From positions 64,001 through 128,000 of the forward strand of contig JAFCCW010000001.1 in assembly GCA_017609985.1 (NCBI GenBank): a DNA stretch of 64,000 nucleotides. Direction: 5' to 3'. Below are positions 1 to 9,118 of this stretch, piece after piece; positions within the stretch are counted from its first letter, which is position 1; every line of letters starts with the position of its first letter. The translations under genes were made by a program, and so were the position numbers. The notes beneath the pieces were generated by a model. It did no database searches, was not told the origin of the DNA, and worked only from the letters and a program-made list of their open reading frames with translations. Source of the stretch: Candidatus Iainarchaeum sp. (GTDB lineage: Archaea > Iainarchaeota > Iainarchaeia > Iainarchaeales > JAFCCW01).

Positions 1-1197
1 GGAATAGTTGACAAACATGACATAATTGGAGCAATATTTGGACAAAGTGAAGGTCTTCTAGGAGAAGACATGGACCTAAGAGAACTCCAAAAAGGAGGAA
101 AATTGGGAAGAATTGAAATAACAGAAAAATCCCACTCTGGAAAAACCTCTGGAACTGTTTACGTGCCATCCTCAATGGACAGAGTACAAACAGCTCTGCT
201 CGCAGCAGCTATTGAAAGCGTTGACAAAGTAGGACCGTGCGATGCAAAATTTGACATAAAGAGTATCAGCGATGCAAGAGCAGACAGAAGGAAAAAAATA
301 GAAGACAGAGCAAAAGAACTACTTAAATCACTGAACGCAGGAGTTCCGGAAACACAGGAAATGACTGACTCAGTGAGAACAGAAATGAAAAAAGCAGAAA
401 TAACAGAATATGGAAGAGACAAACTGCCAGCAGGGCCAGATCTCTTAAAAGGCAATGAAGTAATTGTAGTAGAAGGAAGAGCAGATGTTCTAACACTCCT
501 AAAAAACAGCATTACAAATGTTGTTGGAATGGGCGGAAGCAATGTTCCAAAAGACCTTATCTTCCTCTCAAAAAAGAAATCAATAACACTGTTTATTGAT
601 GGAGACAGAGGCGGAGAACTCAATTTCAGAAAAATGAGTGCTCTGGCCAAAGTTGACTATATTGCAAGAGCTCCAGACGGAAAAGAAGTTGAAGAGCTCA
701 CAAGAAAAGAAATAGAAGCAGCTCTCAGAAAAAAAATGCCTGCAAAGGATTTCTTAATAAGAAGACCAAGGGCAAGAATCTCAAGCCGAGAGCCGACAAA
801 AAAGTTTGAAATAAAGAAAACAGAGGGAAGAACAACAAAAACTATCCCAAGAAAAAAAACACTGGTGTCTCCAACACGAAGACCCCCAGTAATAAAAACA
901 AAACCGAAAGCAAACACGAAAGAAATTGAAAAATTCTCTCCGGTAATGAAAGAACTTGAAAATAGTCTAAAAGCAAGATTGCTTGACAAGAACGACAAAA
1001 AACTAAAAGAAATAAGTGTAAGAAACATGCTAGAAGAAATGGGAAAAACAAAGAATGCAGAAACAATAGTTTTTGACGGAATAGTAACAAAGAGACTTCT
1101 TGAAGAAGCAGAAAAAAATGGAATAAAAAATCTTGTCGGAGTAAAGAAAGGAAAAATTGAAGAATCAGACAAGGTAAGAGTAATAATTTTGGGCTAA
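1..1197 (+). CDS. dnaG: Archaeal DnaG-type primase / exosome-associated protein (5' end outside window)
   Basis: Frame is open from base 1 (GIVDKHDIIGAIFGQSEGLLG); TOPRIM motifs IVVEGRADV and FIDGDRGG; C-terminal VFDGIVTKRL domain. Confidence 0.93.
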   Translation, partial: GIVDKHDIIGAIFGQSEGLLGEDMDLRELQKGGKLGRIEITEKSHSGKTSGTVYVPSSMDRVQTALLAAAIESVDKVGPCDAKFDIKSISDARADRRKKIEDRAKELLKSLNAGVPETQEMTDSVRTEMKKAEITEYGRDKLPAGPDLLKGNEVIVVEGRADVLTLLKNSITNVVGMGGSNVPKDLIFLSKKKSITLFIDGDRGGELNFRKMSALAKVDYIARAPDGKEVEELTRKEIEAALRKKMPAKDFLIRRPRARISSREPTKKFEIKKTEGRTTKTIPRKKTLVSPTRRPPVIKTKPKANTKEIEKFSPVMKELENSLKARLLDKNDKKLKEISVRNMLEEMGKTKNAETIVFDGIVTKRLLEEAEKNGIKNLVGVKKGKIEESDKVRVIILG

Positions 1198-1219
1198 AAA
1201 GCCCTGCTTTTTTTATTTT

Positions 1220-1657
1220 TTATTTCTTTTTTAATTTCTTTTTTTTATTCAATTCAACAATAGCCTGTTCAATTGGAACAACTAATTCCCCGGCGCGATA
1301 GAAAGCAATTCCAGCAATTAAAATAGCCGCCCAAAAGAAAAGAGAAGCAATCGGGGAAATGAGAGCACTCCAAAACTGCCGAGTTGTAATTCTGTCCTGT
1401 CCGCCCCTCAACTGAAGACCAGTGAGTTCATTCAAAGAATCCTTGCAATCAAGATACTGCATTTGAGCAAGAACAACATTGTCTGAAGAAACAGAAGAAA
1501 TGCAAGTAGGATAATCCTTCAAAGCAGTCCAAGAATCAAACATGTTAGCAGAAGCACTGAAAAACATCAGCAAAGCAGCAATCATTATAAAAGAACCAAT
1601 CAAGCGAGTAAGATAAAAATCAGTAGAACCAAGCTTGAAATACATAATCCGTCTCAT
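1220..1657 (-). CDS. Hypothetical membrane protein (2 TM segments)
   Basis: 145-aa ORF with two hydrophobic stretches; fills the intergenic space. Confidence 0.7.
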   Translation of the reverse strand: MRRIMYFKLGSTDFYLTRLIGSFIMIAALLMFFSASANMFDSWTALKDYPTCISSVSSDNVVLAQMQYLDCKDSLNELTGLQLRGGQDRITTRQFWSALISPIASLFFWAAILIAGIAFYRAGELVVPIEQAIVELNKKKKLKKK

Positions 1658-1717
1658 ACAAACCGTAAGTATAACAGGTATTTTCTATTTAAATATTTGC
1701 ATGGACAAGTGTTTTGT

Positions 1718-1790
1718 GGGCCTGTGGTCTAGTGGCTATGACATCTCGTTTACAACGAGAGGATCGGCGGTTCGATTCCGCCCAGGCCCA
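1718..1790 (+). tRNA. tRNA-Val(TAC)
   Basis: Acceptor GGGCCTG/CAGGCCC; anticodon arm TCTCG-TT TAC AA-CGAGA; T-loop GTTCGATT. Confidence 0.96.
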
Positions 1791-1807
1791 ATAAGAGGTA
1801 TTTTTAA

Positions 1808-2203
1808 ATGAAAATTCCGGAAAAAATTCAAAAAATTATTCAAGAACAAGATATTCATATCTTAGCTACTGCTTCAAAAAAAGGCAAGCCAAACATTATT
1901 TATTTGAAATTTCTCAAAGTATGCTCTGATGAACAAATTTTAATTGCAGACAATAAATTTTTTAAAACCCGAAAAAATCTTGAAGAAAACCCAAAAATTG
2001 CGTTTGTAGTCCTTGATAAAAAAGAAGGCAAATCATACCAGTTAAAAGGAAATATTAAAACCATTGAAAAAGGACCTGTTTTTGAAAGTGCAATTAACTG
2101 GGTTAAGAAAAAAAGAAGCAGCTCAACCACCCGCCCAAAAGCAGCAATCTTGCTAACTGTGAAAGAAATTTATTCCGGAGCAAAAAAAATAACTGATAAA
2201 TAA
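1808..2203 (+). CDS. Pyridoxamine 5'-phosphate oxidase-like FMN-binding protein
   Basis: LATASKKGKPN, KTRKNLEENPKIA and SYQLKG motifs of the split-barrel family. Confidence 0.85.
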   Translation: MKIPEKIQKIIQEQDIHILATASKKGKPNIIYLKFLKVCSDEQILIADNKFFKTRKNLEENPKIAFVVLDKKEGKSYQLKGNIKTIEKGPVFESAINWVKKKRSSSTTRPKAAILLTVKEIYSGAKKITDK

Positions 2204-2235
2204 AACATTTATTAAGCAAAAACTCTATTTCTATC

Positions 2236-2415
2236 ATGAAAAGAGGAAAAAAATACGAGATTGAAGTTCTCATGGAAGGCAGGGGAGGAGAGCTTGTTTT
2301 TCAGCCAGTGAAAGCAAGCAAGCACGATCTCAAAGCATTGATTGAAGCAACAAAGAATCCTGTTATTAAAGAAAACATCAGAAAAAGTGCAGAGGAAAAA
2401 AAGGTGAAACTGTGA
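2236..2415 (+). CDS. Small hypothetical protein, 59 aa (not in ORF track)
   Basis: MKRGKKYEIEVLMEGRGGELVFQPVK...KVKL*; its TGA overlaps the GTG start of the next gene (GTGA). Confidence 0.6.
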   Translation: MKRGKKYEIEVLMEGRGGELVFQPVKASKHDLKALIEATKNPVIKENIRKSAEEKKVKL

Positions 2416-4082
2416 AAAAAATTGTTTTTCTTTTAATTGCAGTAACACTGTTTTGTGAAATAGGCTTTGCAGAAATAGACTTTAATGCTCCGACTTCAGT
2501 TAAGGGAATAAAGGCAAGAGTGCTTATTGAAGGTCAGGGAAATATCAGCGGAGAGCTTGAAGGAGGAACAGTAAAGATAAGTGTTTTAACTTTTAGAGAC
2601 GAAAGCAGAACAACAATTCATTCCCTTTCAGAAAAACTAAAAATAAATGAAAAAGAAATAGAAGCAGTTCACGAAACAGACGAGGTTGGAAACAAGTATG
2701 CTGTTTTTGAAGTAAGGGAAACAGGAGAATTTGAATTCTTTATAGACGCAATAGTTGAAACAAATATTGAAATTACTGGATTACGAGACTACAATCTCAT
2801 AAATGGAATAACGCTTAACGAAGAGTATTTGAAACCAAGCGAGAGTGTTCAATCAAATCATGCGGAAATAAGGACAATTGCCTTAAACAAATTCCAAAGC
2901 AGTTCGCTTCTTGAAACAGTGGGGCAAGTAACTGAATGGACAAACAACTTTCTTGAATATGACTGGGCTTATTATCCTGGAACATACTCTGCACTAGAAA
3001 CACTGGAGAACAGAGCAGGAGTGTGCGATGAGTTTGCAACGCTTTCAGCAGCAATGCTAAGAGCGAGTGGAATTCCAACAAGATTCGTGCACGGAATAGT
3101 GTATTCTGGACAAAAATGGGGACAGCACGCCTGGCTAGAATTTTATTCACCAGAAAATGGGTGGCTAGAAATAGATTCCACTTACGGAGAAGCAGGCTTT
3201 GTAGACGGAACACACATTGGAATGGGAATCGCAACAGATCCAAAGAACGCAATAGAATTGAGAGCAGAGTATCCTGAGACTGCTGCGCTATCAATAGAAA
3301 AAAATGAACCAAAAATTTCAATAGATTATTTTAACAGTTTTTCAAATGAAATAGAAATCAAAGCAGGAGAAAAAGAAGCAGTAGCCATGAACTGGGAAAG
3401 TCTGGAAATAGAATTGAAAAATAATACAAACTCATATATGTTTGTTCCACTGCAGGCAACAATGCACCCTGATTTTAAAATACTGGAAGAGCAAAGAACC
3501 CTGCTTTTTAAGCCAGGGGAAACAAGAATAGAAAAATTTTCTTTTTCATGCCAAAAACAGTTTGAAAAAGGACAAATTGCAACATACCAATACAAGATTG
3601 TTTCACTTCTTCCAACAATAACAAGCAAGATAATCGTGTATCCGGAAAAGGAAATAGGAAAAGATGGCAAACTATCAGTCGAAAGCATCACGCCACTGGT
3701 TAAGGGAAAAGACCTGATTATAGAAATTGTGATTGAAAATATGGGATTGAAAAAAAAAGAAGTAACACTTTCAATTAAAAATGGAATAAAAGAAGAAGAA
3801 ACCTACTCGATTGAAGGACTTCAAAGAAAAACAATTCAATACAGGGTTTCAAATTATTCCTCTAAAGAGTATACAATAACAATTGAAGGAGAAGAAATAT
3901 TTGAAGAAAAAATAATACAGCCTAAAGAAACAAAGAAAGACGAAGAAAAACAAGAGAAAAAAGAATTAGAAGAAAACAAAGTGTTGATTGAAGAAGAAGA
4001 TGAAACAACGCTTTTATTGGCTGGGAGCGCAGGACTTGCACTCGCATTAGTTTTATTAATCTTGCTCAGAAAAAAGTTGTAA
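2412..4082 (+). CDS. Secreted, C-terminally anchored transglutaminase-like (Cys protease fold) protein
   Basis: Signal peptide; triad motifs GVCDEFA, GQHAWLE, EIDST; beta-rich repeats; C-terminal TM followed by RKKL. Confidence 0.88.
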   Translation: MKKIVFLLIAVTLFCEIGFAEIDFNAPTSVKGIKARVLIEGQGNISGELEGGTVKISVLTFRDESRTTIHSLSEKLKINEKEIEAVHETDEVGNKYAVFEVRETGEFEFFIDAIVETNIEITGLRDYNLINGITLNEEYLKPSESVQSNHAEIRTIALNKFQSSSLLETVGQVTEWTNNFLEYDWAYYPGTYSALETLENRAGVCDEFATLSAAMLRASGIPTRFVHGIVYSGQKWGQHAWLEFYSPENGWLEIDSTYGEAGFVDGTHIGMGIATDPKNAIELRAEYPETAALSIEKNEPKISIDYFNSFSNEIEIKAGEKEAVAMNWESLEIELKNNTNSYMFVPLQATMHPDFKILEEQRTLLFKPGETRIEKFSFSCQKQFEKGQIATYQYKIVSLLPTITSKIIVYPEKEIGKDGKLSVESITPLVKGKDLIIEIVIENMGLKKKEVTLSIKNGIKEEETYSIEGLQRKTIQYRVSNYSSKEYTITIEGEEIFEEKIIQPKETKKDEEKQEKKELEENKVLIEEEDETTLLLAGSAGLALALVLLILLRKKL

Positions 4083-4084
4083 GA

Positions 4085-4156
4085 GCGGCCATAGTCTAGT
4101 GGTTAGGACTCCACGTTGCCAACGTGGTAACCCGGGTTCGAATCCCGGTGGCCGCA
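4085..4156 (+). tRNA. tRNA-Gly(GCC)
   Basis: GCGGCCA/TGGCCGC acceptor; CCACG-TT GCC AA-CGTGG anticodon arm. Confidence 0.96.
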
Positions 4157-4205
4157 TAACACTATCGAACGAAGAATCAGAACAGGGTTGGAAAAAAAGA
4201 TTAAA

Positions 4206-5108
4206 CTATTTCTTTGATGGAGACGCAATAACTTCTGCATAAATTGCTATTGAAAGAAAAGCAAAGGAAAAAATCTGAAGCGGAGAAATAAGCATTGAAA
4301 AAAGCAGGTTAAGACCAATCTGCAAATAAACAATCCCGGAAACAAAAACAAGAATTGTAGTGAAGATGCTGAAAATCAAAGAAGCAACATAGAATAAAAC
4401 ATAAATCGCAATTCCGCCTACAACTGAAGCCAGAATAATTTCAAGTACCTTACCGCGAGTGATTACCCAGCTCTCCTTAAGAGCAGTAGATATCTTGACA
4501 TTTCGTGAAAGAAAAACAATTGGAGCAAGACCAAGCCGTATAGAGTTATAAACAACAATAATCAAAAAAGCAAAAAATGCAAGAAAAGCAAAAATCCCAA
4601 ACAAGGCAGCAACAATAGGACTTATTAAAACTGAAAAAAGTGCAATAGCTGACAAAATGATTGCTGCAAAAAGAACAAGCAAAAACTTAAGATTGAAAAC
4701 ACATAAAAGTGCAGCAAACTCTGCGACAACTCCTAAGAGGATATATTTCAAAACCTTAATTGTGTTAACAGGAGCTGCAGGAAGATTTCTGGAACGCAAT
4801 GCAAACAAGTAAACAAGAACTGAAACAAAAGTAACTGCTAGCCCATACACCAAACTCCAAAAAACTGCGACAAGAAGAAAACCAGAGAATGCAGGGATAA
4901 TAGAAGGAGATTGCACAGCAGAGAGCAAAGCAGCAGTGTTTCCTGCAAGAGCCAGAGTTATTAAATTTTGAAAGAAAACAAGGCCAATGCCAGCAAGACC
5001 CACAAAGAACAAAATACTGAGTAAGTAAAAAAGCAAAACATATTTTGCAGATTCTCTTTTGTGATTAATCCAAGCAAAAGAAAGTTTTACAATTCCTCCA
5101 TAATCCAT
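4206..5108 (-). CDS. Polytopic membrane protein of unknown function
   Basis: 300 aa with about 7 hydrophobic helices; ALKESWVITRGK motif typical of uncharacterised membrane families. Confidence 0.75.
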   Translation of the reverse strand: MDYGGIVKLSFAWINHKRESAKYVLLFYLLSILFFVGLAGIGLVFFQNLITLALAGNTAALLSAVQSPSIIPAFSGFLLVAVFWSLVYGLAVTFVSVLVYLFALRSRNLPAAPVNTIKVLKYILLGVVAEFAALLCVFNLKFLLVLFAAIILSAIALFSVLISPIVAALFGIFAFLAFFAFLIIVVYNSIRLGLAPIVFLSRNVKISTALKESWVITRGKVLEIILASVVGGIAIYVLFYVASLIFSIFTTILVFVSGIVYLQIGLNLLFSMLISPLQIFSFAFLSIAIYAEVIASPSKK

Positions 5109-5129
5109 GAATAAACAGACTGCACAATA

Positions 5130-5768
5130 CTATAAAAATCTTTTTATGGAGTCAAAAATCTTGGAATGGATTTTTTCTCTTGAGAAAATGCATTCATTTT
5201 CAGTGCAGTTTATCTTGAACCAGTTTTCTTTTTCTGCAAGCATGAGATAAGCAGAGCGAACTCTTTCAAGATATTGAATATTGGATTCGTGAATGTCAGT
5301 GGAAGAACGATTCTTCATGAGCTTTTGAGAAATTGAAACAGGAACATCAAGAAAAATAGTTGCAATTGGTTTAGGAAGACGAGACTCAGTAAAAGAAATC
5401 CATTCAATGAATTTTTTTCTGTCATTTAAATCAGAAAACTTTGCACCCTGATGCGCAGCATTTGAAGCAGTAAACCTGTCGCAGACAACAATTTTTCCAG
5501 AGTCAAGCGCCTGTTCAAGTTCCTTAAGCGCAGCATATTTGTCAAGAGAATAAAGAAGTGAAGCAAACTCTGGAGTAACCTGTTCAAGGGAACCAAAGTC
5601 TCCATCAAGATACTGCTTCACAATTCTTCCGGTTCTGGTGTCATAACGAGGAAAAGAAAAAATAACTGAATCAAGGCCTTTTTTTATAAGCCTGTTCTTG
5701 AGAAGCTCTACCTGAGTTGCTTTGCCACTTGCGTCAGTACCCTCAATCACAAAAAGCATGCCCTTCAT
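5130..5768 (-). CDS. tmk: Thymidylate kinase
   Basis: P-loop IEGTDASGKATQ, SFPRY, VVCDRF; start moved to ATG at 5768. Confidence 0.93.
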   Translation of the reverse strand: MKGMLFVIEGTDASGKATQVELLKNRLIKKGLDSVIFSFPRYDTRTGRIVKQYLDGDFGSLEQVTPEFASLLYSLDKYAALKELEQALDSGKIVVCDRFTASNAAHQGAKFSDLNDRKKFIEWISFTESRLPKPIATIFLDVPVSISQKLMKNRSSTDIHESNIQYLERVRSAYLMLAEKENWFKINCTENECIFSREKIHSKIFDSIKRFL

Positions 5769-5821
5769 GAAATTATATTGTCTAAAAGATATTAAAAGAA
5801 TGTCTGAATAGGAAGAATGTA

Positions 5822-6172
5822 ATGAAAGGAAGAGGAAAGAAAAGGGAAACAGGAAAAAAACAGGGAAAAAAAAGAAAAAACAGACGAGAAAATAAAGGGT
5901 TTGAACCGGTGAAAGCCAAAGCCCAGCTTTTAGCGCTTGGCAAAACAGCAAAAGCTCTTGAAACAGGACTTAAAAAAGCAGAAGAAAGAAAGAAAAAGAC
6001 GATTGAAAATGAGCTCGTGATAACCTTGACAATGATGTGGTCAAGCGCAAGACTTCTAGAAAATTACCATGAAAAAGCAGGAAACAAAGACAAGAAAGAA
6101 AAATATGGAAGAATAGCAGAAACAATAAACCAAAGGCTTGGCCAGTTAGGAAACAGAATAGAAACAGAATAG
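5822..6172 (+). CDS. Hypothetical protein with basic N-terminus
   Basis: 116-aa ORF divergent from tmk, with purine-rich coding-like composition. Confidence 0.55.
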   Translation: MKGRGKKRETGKKQGKKRKNRRENKGFEPVKAKAQLLALGKTAKALETGLKKAEERKKKTIENELVITLTMMWSSARLLENYHEKAGNKDKKEKYGRIAETINQRLGQLGNRIETE

Positions 6173-6200
6173 AAACAGAATAGAAACAGAATAGAAACAG
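6150..6200 (+). repeat. 11-bp tandem repeat (GAAACAGAATA) x4.6
   Basis: Four exact copies plus GAAACAG, spanning the stop codon of 5822..6172. Confidence 0.95.
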
Positions 6201-6246
6201 GAAAAAAATAAAAGTATTTAATTGTTTCCAGAGGAAATTATTTGAC

Positions 6247-6317
6247 GCGTCCATGGTGTAGTGGTAGCATTAGAGCCTTCCAAGCTCTCCGCCCGGGTTC
6301 GAATCCCGGTGGGCGCA
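6247..6317 (+). tRNA. tRNA-Gly(TCC)
   Basis: GCGTCCA/TGGGCGC acceptor; AGAGC-CT TCC AA-GCTCT anticodon arm; GTTCGAAT. Confidence 0.95.
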
Positions 6318-6343
6318 TCACCAAATACACTGGCGGAACATAA

Positions 6344-6844
6344 ATGAAAGAACTGATTGAAGAGATTGATGAAAAAGGTAATCCAGTGAAAACTATAAGC
6401 AGACAAGAAGCACATGAAAAAGGGTTAATGCACAGGACAGTTGTTCTGATGCTGTTCGACTTGGATGGTAGATTGTTTCTCCAAAAGAGAGCAGGCTGGA
6501 AAAAGTATTTTGGAGGAAAATGGGAATTTTCAGCAGGAGGGCATCTTGAAGCAGGCGAGGGAGAAGAAAAAGGAATGAAAAAAGAAGCAGAGGAAGAAAT
6601 AGGCGTAAAGGAATTGAATTTGAAGAAGATTGGAGAAGAAAGAGTTGATGTGAAGCAAGAGGGAATGCACAACAAAGAGATTGTGAGCGTGTTCAAAACA
6701 GTTTCCAAAACAGGGATTGTAATTGATGGAGAAGAAGTTGAAGACGGCAGGTTTTGGGAGCTAGAAGAATTAAAGAAAGAAATTGAGGAAAATGAAGCAG
6801 AATTTACTCCATTGCTTGTGAGATGTTTGAAAAAATACTTTTAG
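6344..6844 (+). CDS. NUDIX hydrolase, IDI type-1-like
   Basis: GLMHR, LQKRA and GGHLEAGE...KKEAEEEIG Nudix box. Confidence 0.85.
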   Translation: MKELIEEIDEKGNPVKTISRQEAHEKGLMHRTVVLMLFDLDGRLFLQKRAGWKKYFGGKWEFSAGGHLEAGEGEEKGMKKEAEEEIGVKELNLKKIGEERVDVKQEGMHNKEIVSVFKTVSKTGIVIDGEEVEDGRFWELEELKKEIEENEAEFTPLLVRCLKKYF

Positions 6845-6880
6845 AAAGAAATAAAAGCTAAAAAAACACTAATTCTTTGA

Positions 6881-7192
6881 ATGACAAAAAAGAGAATTGG
6901 AAAAAAACAGGTTCAAGCAATAGCTCTTGAACGTATTTACAGATTGTTCGAGCTGGCAGAACAGGAATTTGAAAAACACCCAGAGAGAAGCAAGAGATAT
7001 GTAGAGCTTGCACGAAAGATTGGGACAAGAAGCAATGTAACTATTCCCTCAAAATTAAAGAAAAGATTCTGCAAAAAATGCGGAGCATTCCTTGTATATG
7101 GAACAAATGGAGAACTTGAAGAAAAGGAAAAAATTGGAAATCTCAAATGCAGAGAATGCGGAGCAGAAAGAAAGGTGAAACTTTGTGAATAG
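6881..7192 (+). CDS. rnp4: Ribonuclease P protein component 4 (Rpp21)
   Basis: IALERIYRLF, RYVELARKI, Zn ribbon FCKKC...CRECG. Confidence 0.93.
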   Translation: MTKKRIGKKQVQAIALERIYRLFELAEQEFEKHPERSKRYVELARKIGTRSNVTIPSKLKKRFCKKCGAFLVYGTNGELEEKEKIGNLKCRECGAERKVKLCE

Positions 7193-7874
7193 TAAAAAAG
7201 GACAAGGTGCAATAGAGTATCTCTTGCTGATTGCCGCAGCAGTGCTTATCGCAGCAGTAGTGATTTTTCTTCTCGCAACAATGAGTGGAACGGGAAAAGA
7301 AGCAGGGGAAGAGGGGATGAGAGAAGTGTCTGGCGGATTAGACAATTTATTTAATTTAATTGATGAAGACGAAGGAAGATTTTTTATAGATGGAACAAAT
7401 ATTGTTCCAATAGAGGGAAGTGAAAGCTATTCAGATTATTATCAATATGATTTAACTGAAGCATCAAGCTTGAATCTTGCGCAAGAAAGCAATCACGCAC
7501 TATTTTATTTATACCAACAGCAAGGCTCAAGTAGGATTGGGATTGCAATAGTCTTGGATAAACAGGATGATGGAAGTAGCGGAGATATGCAATTGAGAAT
7601 AACAGGAGATGCTGGGAAAGGCAATATTGTGGTAATGGATGACAGTGGAGAAATGTCAGAAAACAGCTCTGAACTCAATGGAAGTTGGAGCTGGGCTGGC
7701 TGCTGTACTGACGGCGGATTGTTTACGATGCCGAACAATGAAAGCTGGAGCCTTGATTTTGAGATTGATGCAGCAAGCCTGAGTGGAATTTATGAAAGAT
7801 ATGTTGTGTTTGAAGGCAGTGGAAGACAAGCAGTTGGAAACAGTTTTACTTTGAGTTATGAATATACTCCTTAA
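7185..7874 (+). CDS. Class III signal peptide (type IV pilin-like) protein
   Basis: KKGQ/GAIEYLL cleavage motif followed by a hydrophobic helix. Confidence 0.85.
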   Translation: MNSKKGQGAIEYLLLIAAAVLIAAVVIFLLATMSGTGKEAGEEGMREVSGGLDNLFNLIDEDEGRFFIDGTNIVPIEGSESYSDYYQYDLTEASSLNLAQESNHALFYLYQQQGSSRIGIAIVLDKQDDGSSGDMQLRITGDAGKGNIVVMDDSGEMSENSSELNGSWSWAGCCTDGGLFTMPNNESWSLDFEIDAASLSGIYERYVVFEGSGRQAVGNSFTLSYEYTP

Positions 7875-7938
7875 TCCACCACCGCCACCACCCCCTAAAA
7901 AGCTTTTTAAATGTTTTTGGGGGAGAATTTGTTTGAAA

Positions 7939-7995
7939 AGCTCTAATTTTAGAGCTACAGTCAAAGACTGTATAGCAAATGTCCCGAAAGGGACA
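7939..7995 (+). promoter_or_regulatory. Three consecutive hairpins in the putative 5' leader of the rps19e operon
   Basis: AGCTCTAA/TTAGAGCT, TACAGTC/GACTGTA and TGTCCC-GAAA-GGGACA just upstream of the SD GGAGG (8000). Confidence 0.55.
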
Positions 7996-8011
7996 CAATG
8001 GAGGAATAAAT

Positions 8012-8575
8012 GTGGGAATTTACGACATTCCAGCTTCAGAACTGATTGAAGCAATGGCAAAAGATTTTGAAAAAGAAATTGAAAAACCTGAATTCACAGA
8101 ATATGTGAAAACCGGAGCAAGCAGAGAACGCGCACCAGTGAGAAGTGACTGGTGGCATATCAGACTTGCTTCAATTCTTTACAGAATTTCCAAGGACGGA
8201 GCAACAGGAACAGAAAGCCTAAGAACCTACTATGGCGGAAAAAAGAACAGAGGAAGCAAACCACACAGGTTCAGAAAAGCAAGCGGAAAAATTATTAGAC
8301 AAGCACTCCAGGAACTTGAAAAAGCAGGTTATCTCAAGAAAATCAAAAAAGGAAGAGATGTAACTGGAAAAGCCCAGAGCTTTATGTTAAAAAAAGCAAA
8401 AGAAGTTGAAAAAGAAGCAAAAGAAAACAAGGCAAAAAAGCCGGTGGAAAAAATAAAAAAATCTACAGAAAAAAGCATGGAAGAAAAAAAGGTTGAAGAA
8501 GCCCTTAAAGGAGACAAACCAAAACAGCAAAAAGAGGGCAAAAAAGAAAAACCTGAAAAAAATGAACAAAAATAG
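8012..8575 (+). CDS. rps19e: 30S ribosomal protein S19e with K/E-rich tail
   Basis: VKTGASRERAP, DWWHIRLASILY, LRTYYGG; GTG start after GGAGG. Confidence 0.95.
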   Translation: MGIYDIPASELIEAMAKDFEKEIEKPEFTEYVKTGASRERAPVRSDWWHIRLASILYRISKDGATGTESLRTYYGGKKNRGSKPHRFRKASGKIIRQALQELEKAGYLKKIKKGRDVTGKAQSFMLKKAKEVEKEAKENKAKKPVEKIKKSTEKSMEEKKVEEALKGDKPKQQKEGKKEKPEKNEQK

Positions 8576-8898
8576 TGTTTTCTATGGACTATGCTGAAAT
8601 TCAAGAAAAAAGAAAACAACAATTAGTTGAAAATGGAGAAAGCAGGGAGGAAATAGAAAAAGCTGAAAAAAACGCAGAAAATCAAATTGCAGAAATTGCA
8701 AGAAAGATTCTCTCCGACAAAGCAAGGGAAAGGCTGAACAATGTAAAACTTGTTGACCGAGAAAAATATATGAGAGCTGTGCAAGTGCTTATGTATTTTT
8801 ATCAAAATAATCCAGCCTCAAAAATTTCCGACCAACAGCTAAAATCAATTCTTGCAAAACTCTCAGCAAAAAGGGAAACAAAAATCGTGAGGAAATGA
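8575..8898 (+). CDS. PDCD5-like double-stranded DNA-binding protein
   Basis: ILSDKARERLNNVKLV...ISDQQLKSIL; conserved position after rps19e. Confidence 0.9.
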   Translation: MFSMDYAEIQEKRKQQLVENGESREEIEKAEKNAENQIAEIARKILSDKARERLNNVKLVDREKYMRAVQVLMYFYQNNPASKISDQQLKSILAKLSAKRETKIVRK

Positions 8899-8903
8899 TA
8901 ATT

Positions 8904-9107
8904 ATGAGCTCAAACAAAGAACAAGACAAAAAAGAATTTCTTGTATCTGCAAGAAAATCCGTTAGTGCGGGCGTAACCAGCGTACCCGTATGGATACTGC
9001 AAAAGGCAGGAAAAAGAATCTGGAACCCAAAACAGAAAAGACACTGGACAATGACAGACTTTGGAAAACAGTACAGAAAAAGAAAAAATCAAAAAAAGGA
9101 CTCTTAA
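8904..9107 (+). CDS. rpl39e: 50S ribosomal protein L39e (divergent)
   Basis: MSSNK...VPVWILQK...NPKQKRHW; operon position. Confidence 0.8.
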   Translation: MSSNKEQDKKEFLVSARKSVSAGVTSVPVWILQKAGKRIWNPKQKRHWTMTDFGKQYRKRKNQKKDS

Positions 9108-9118
9108 CAGGTGATTGA

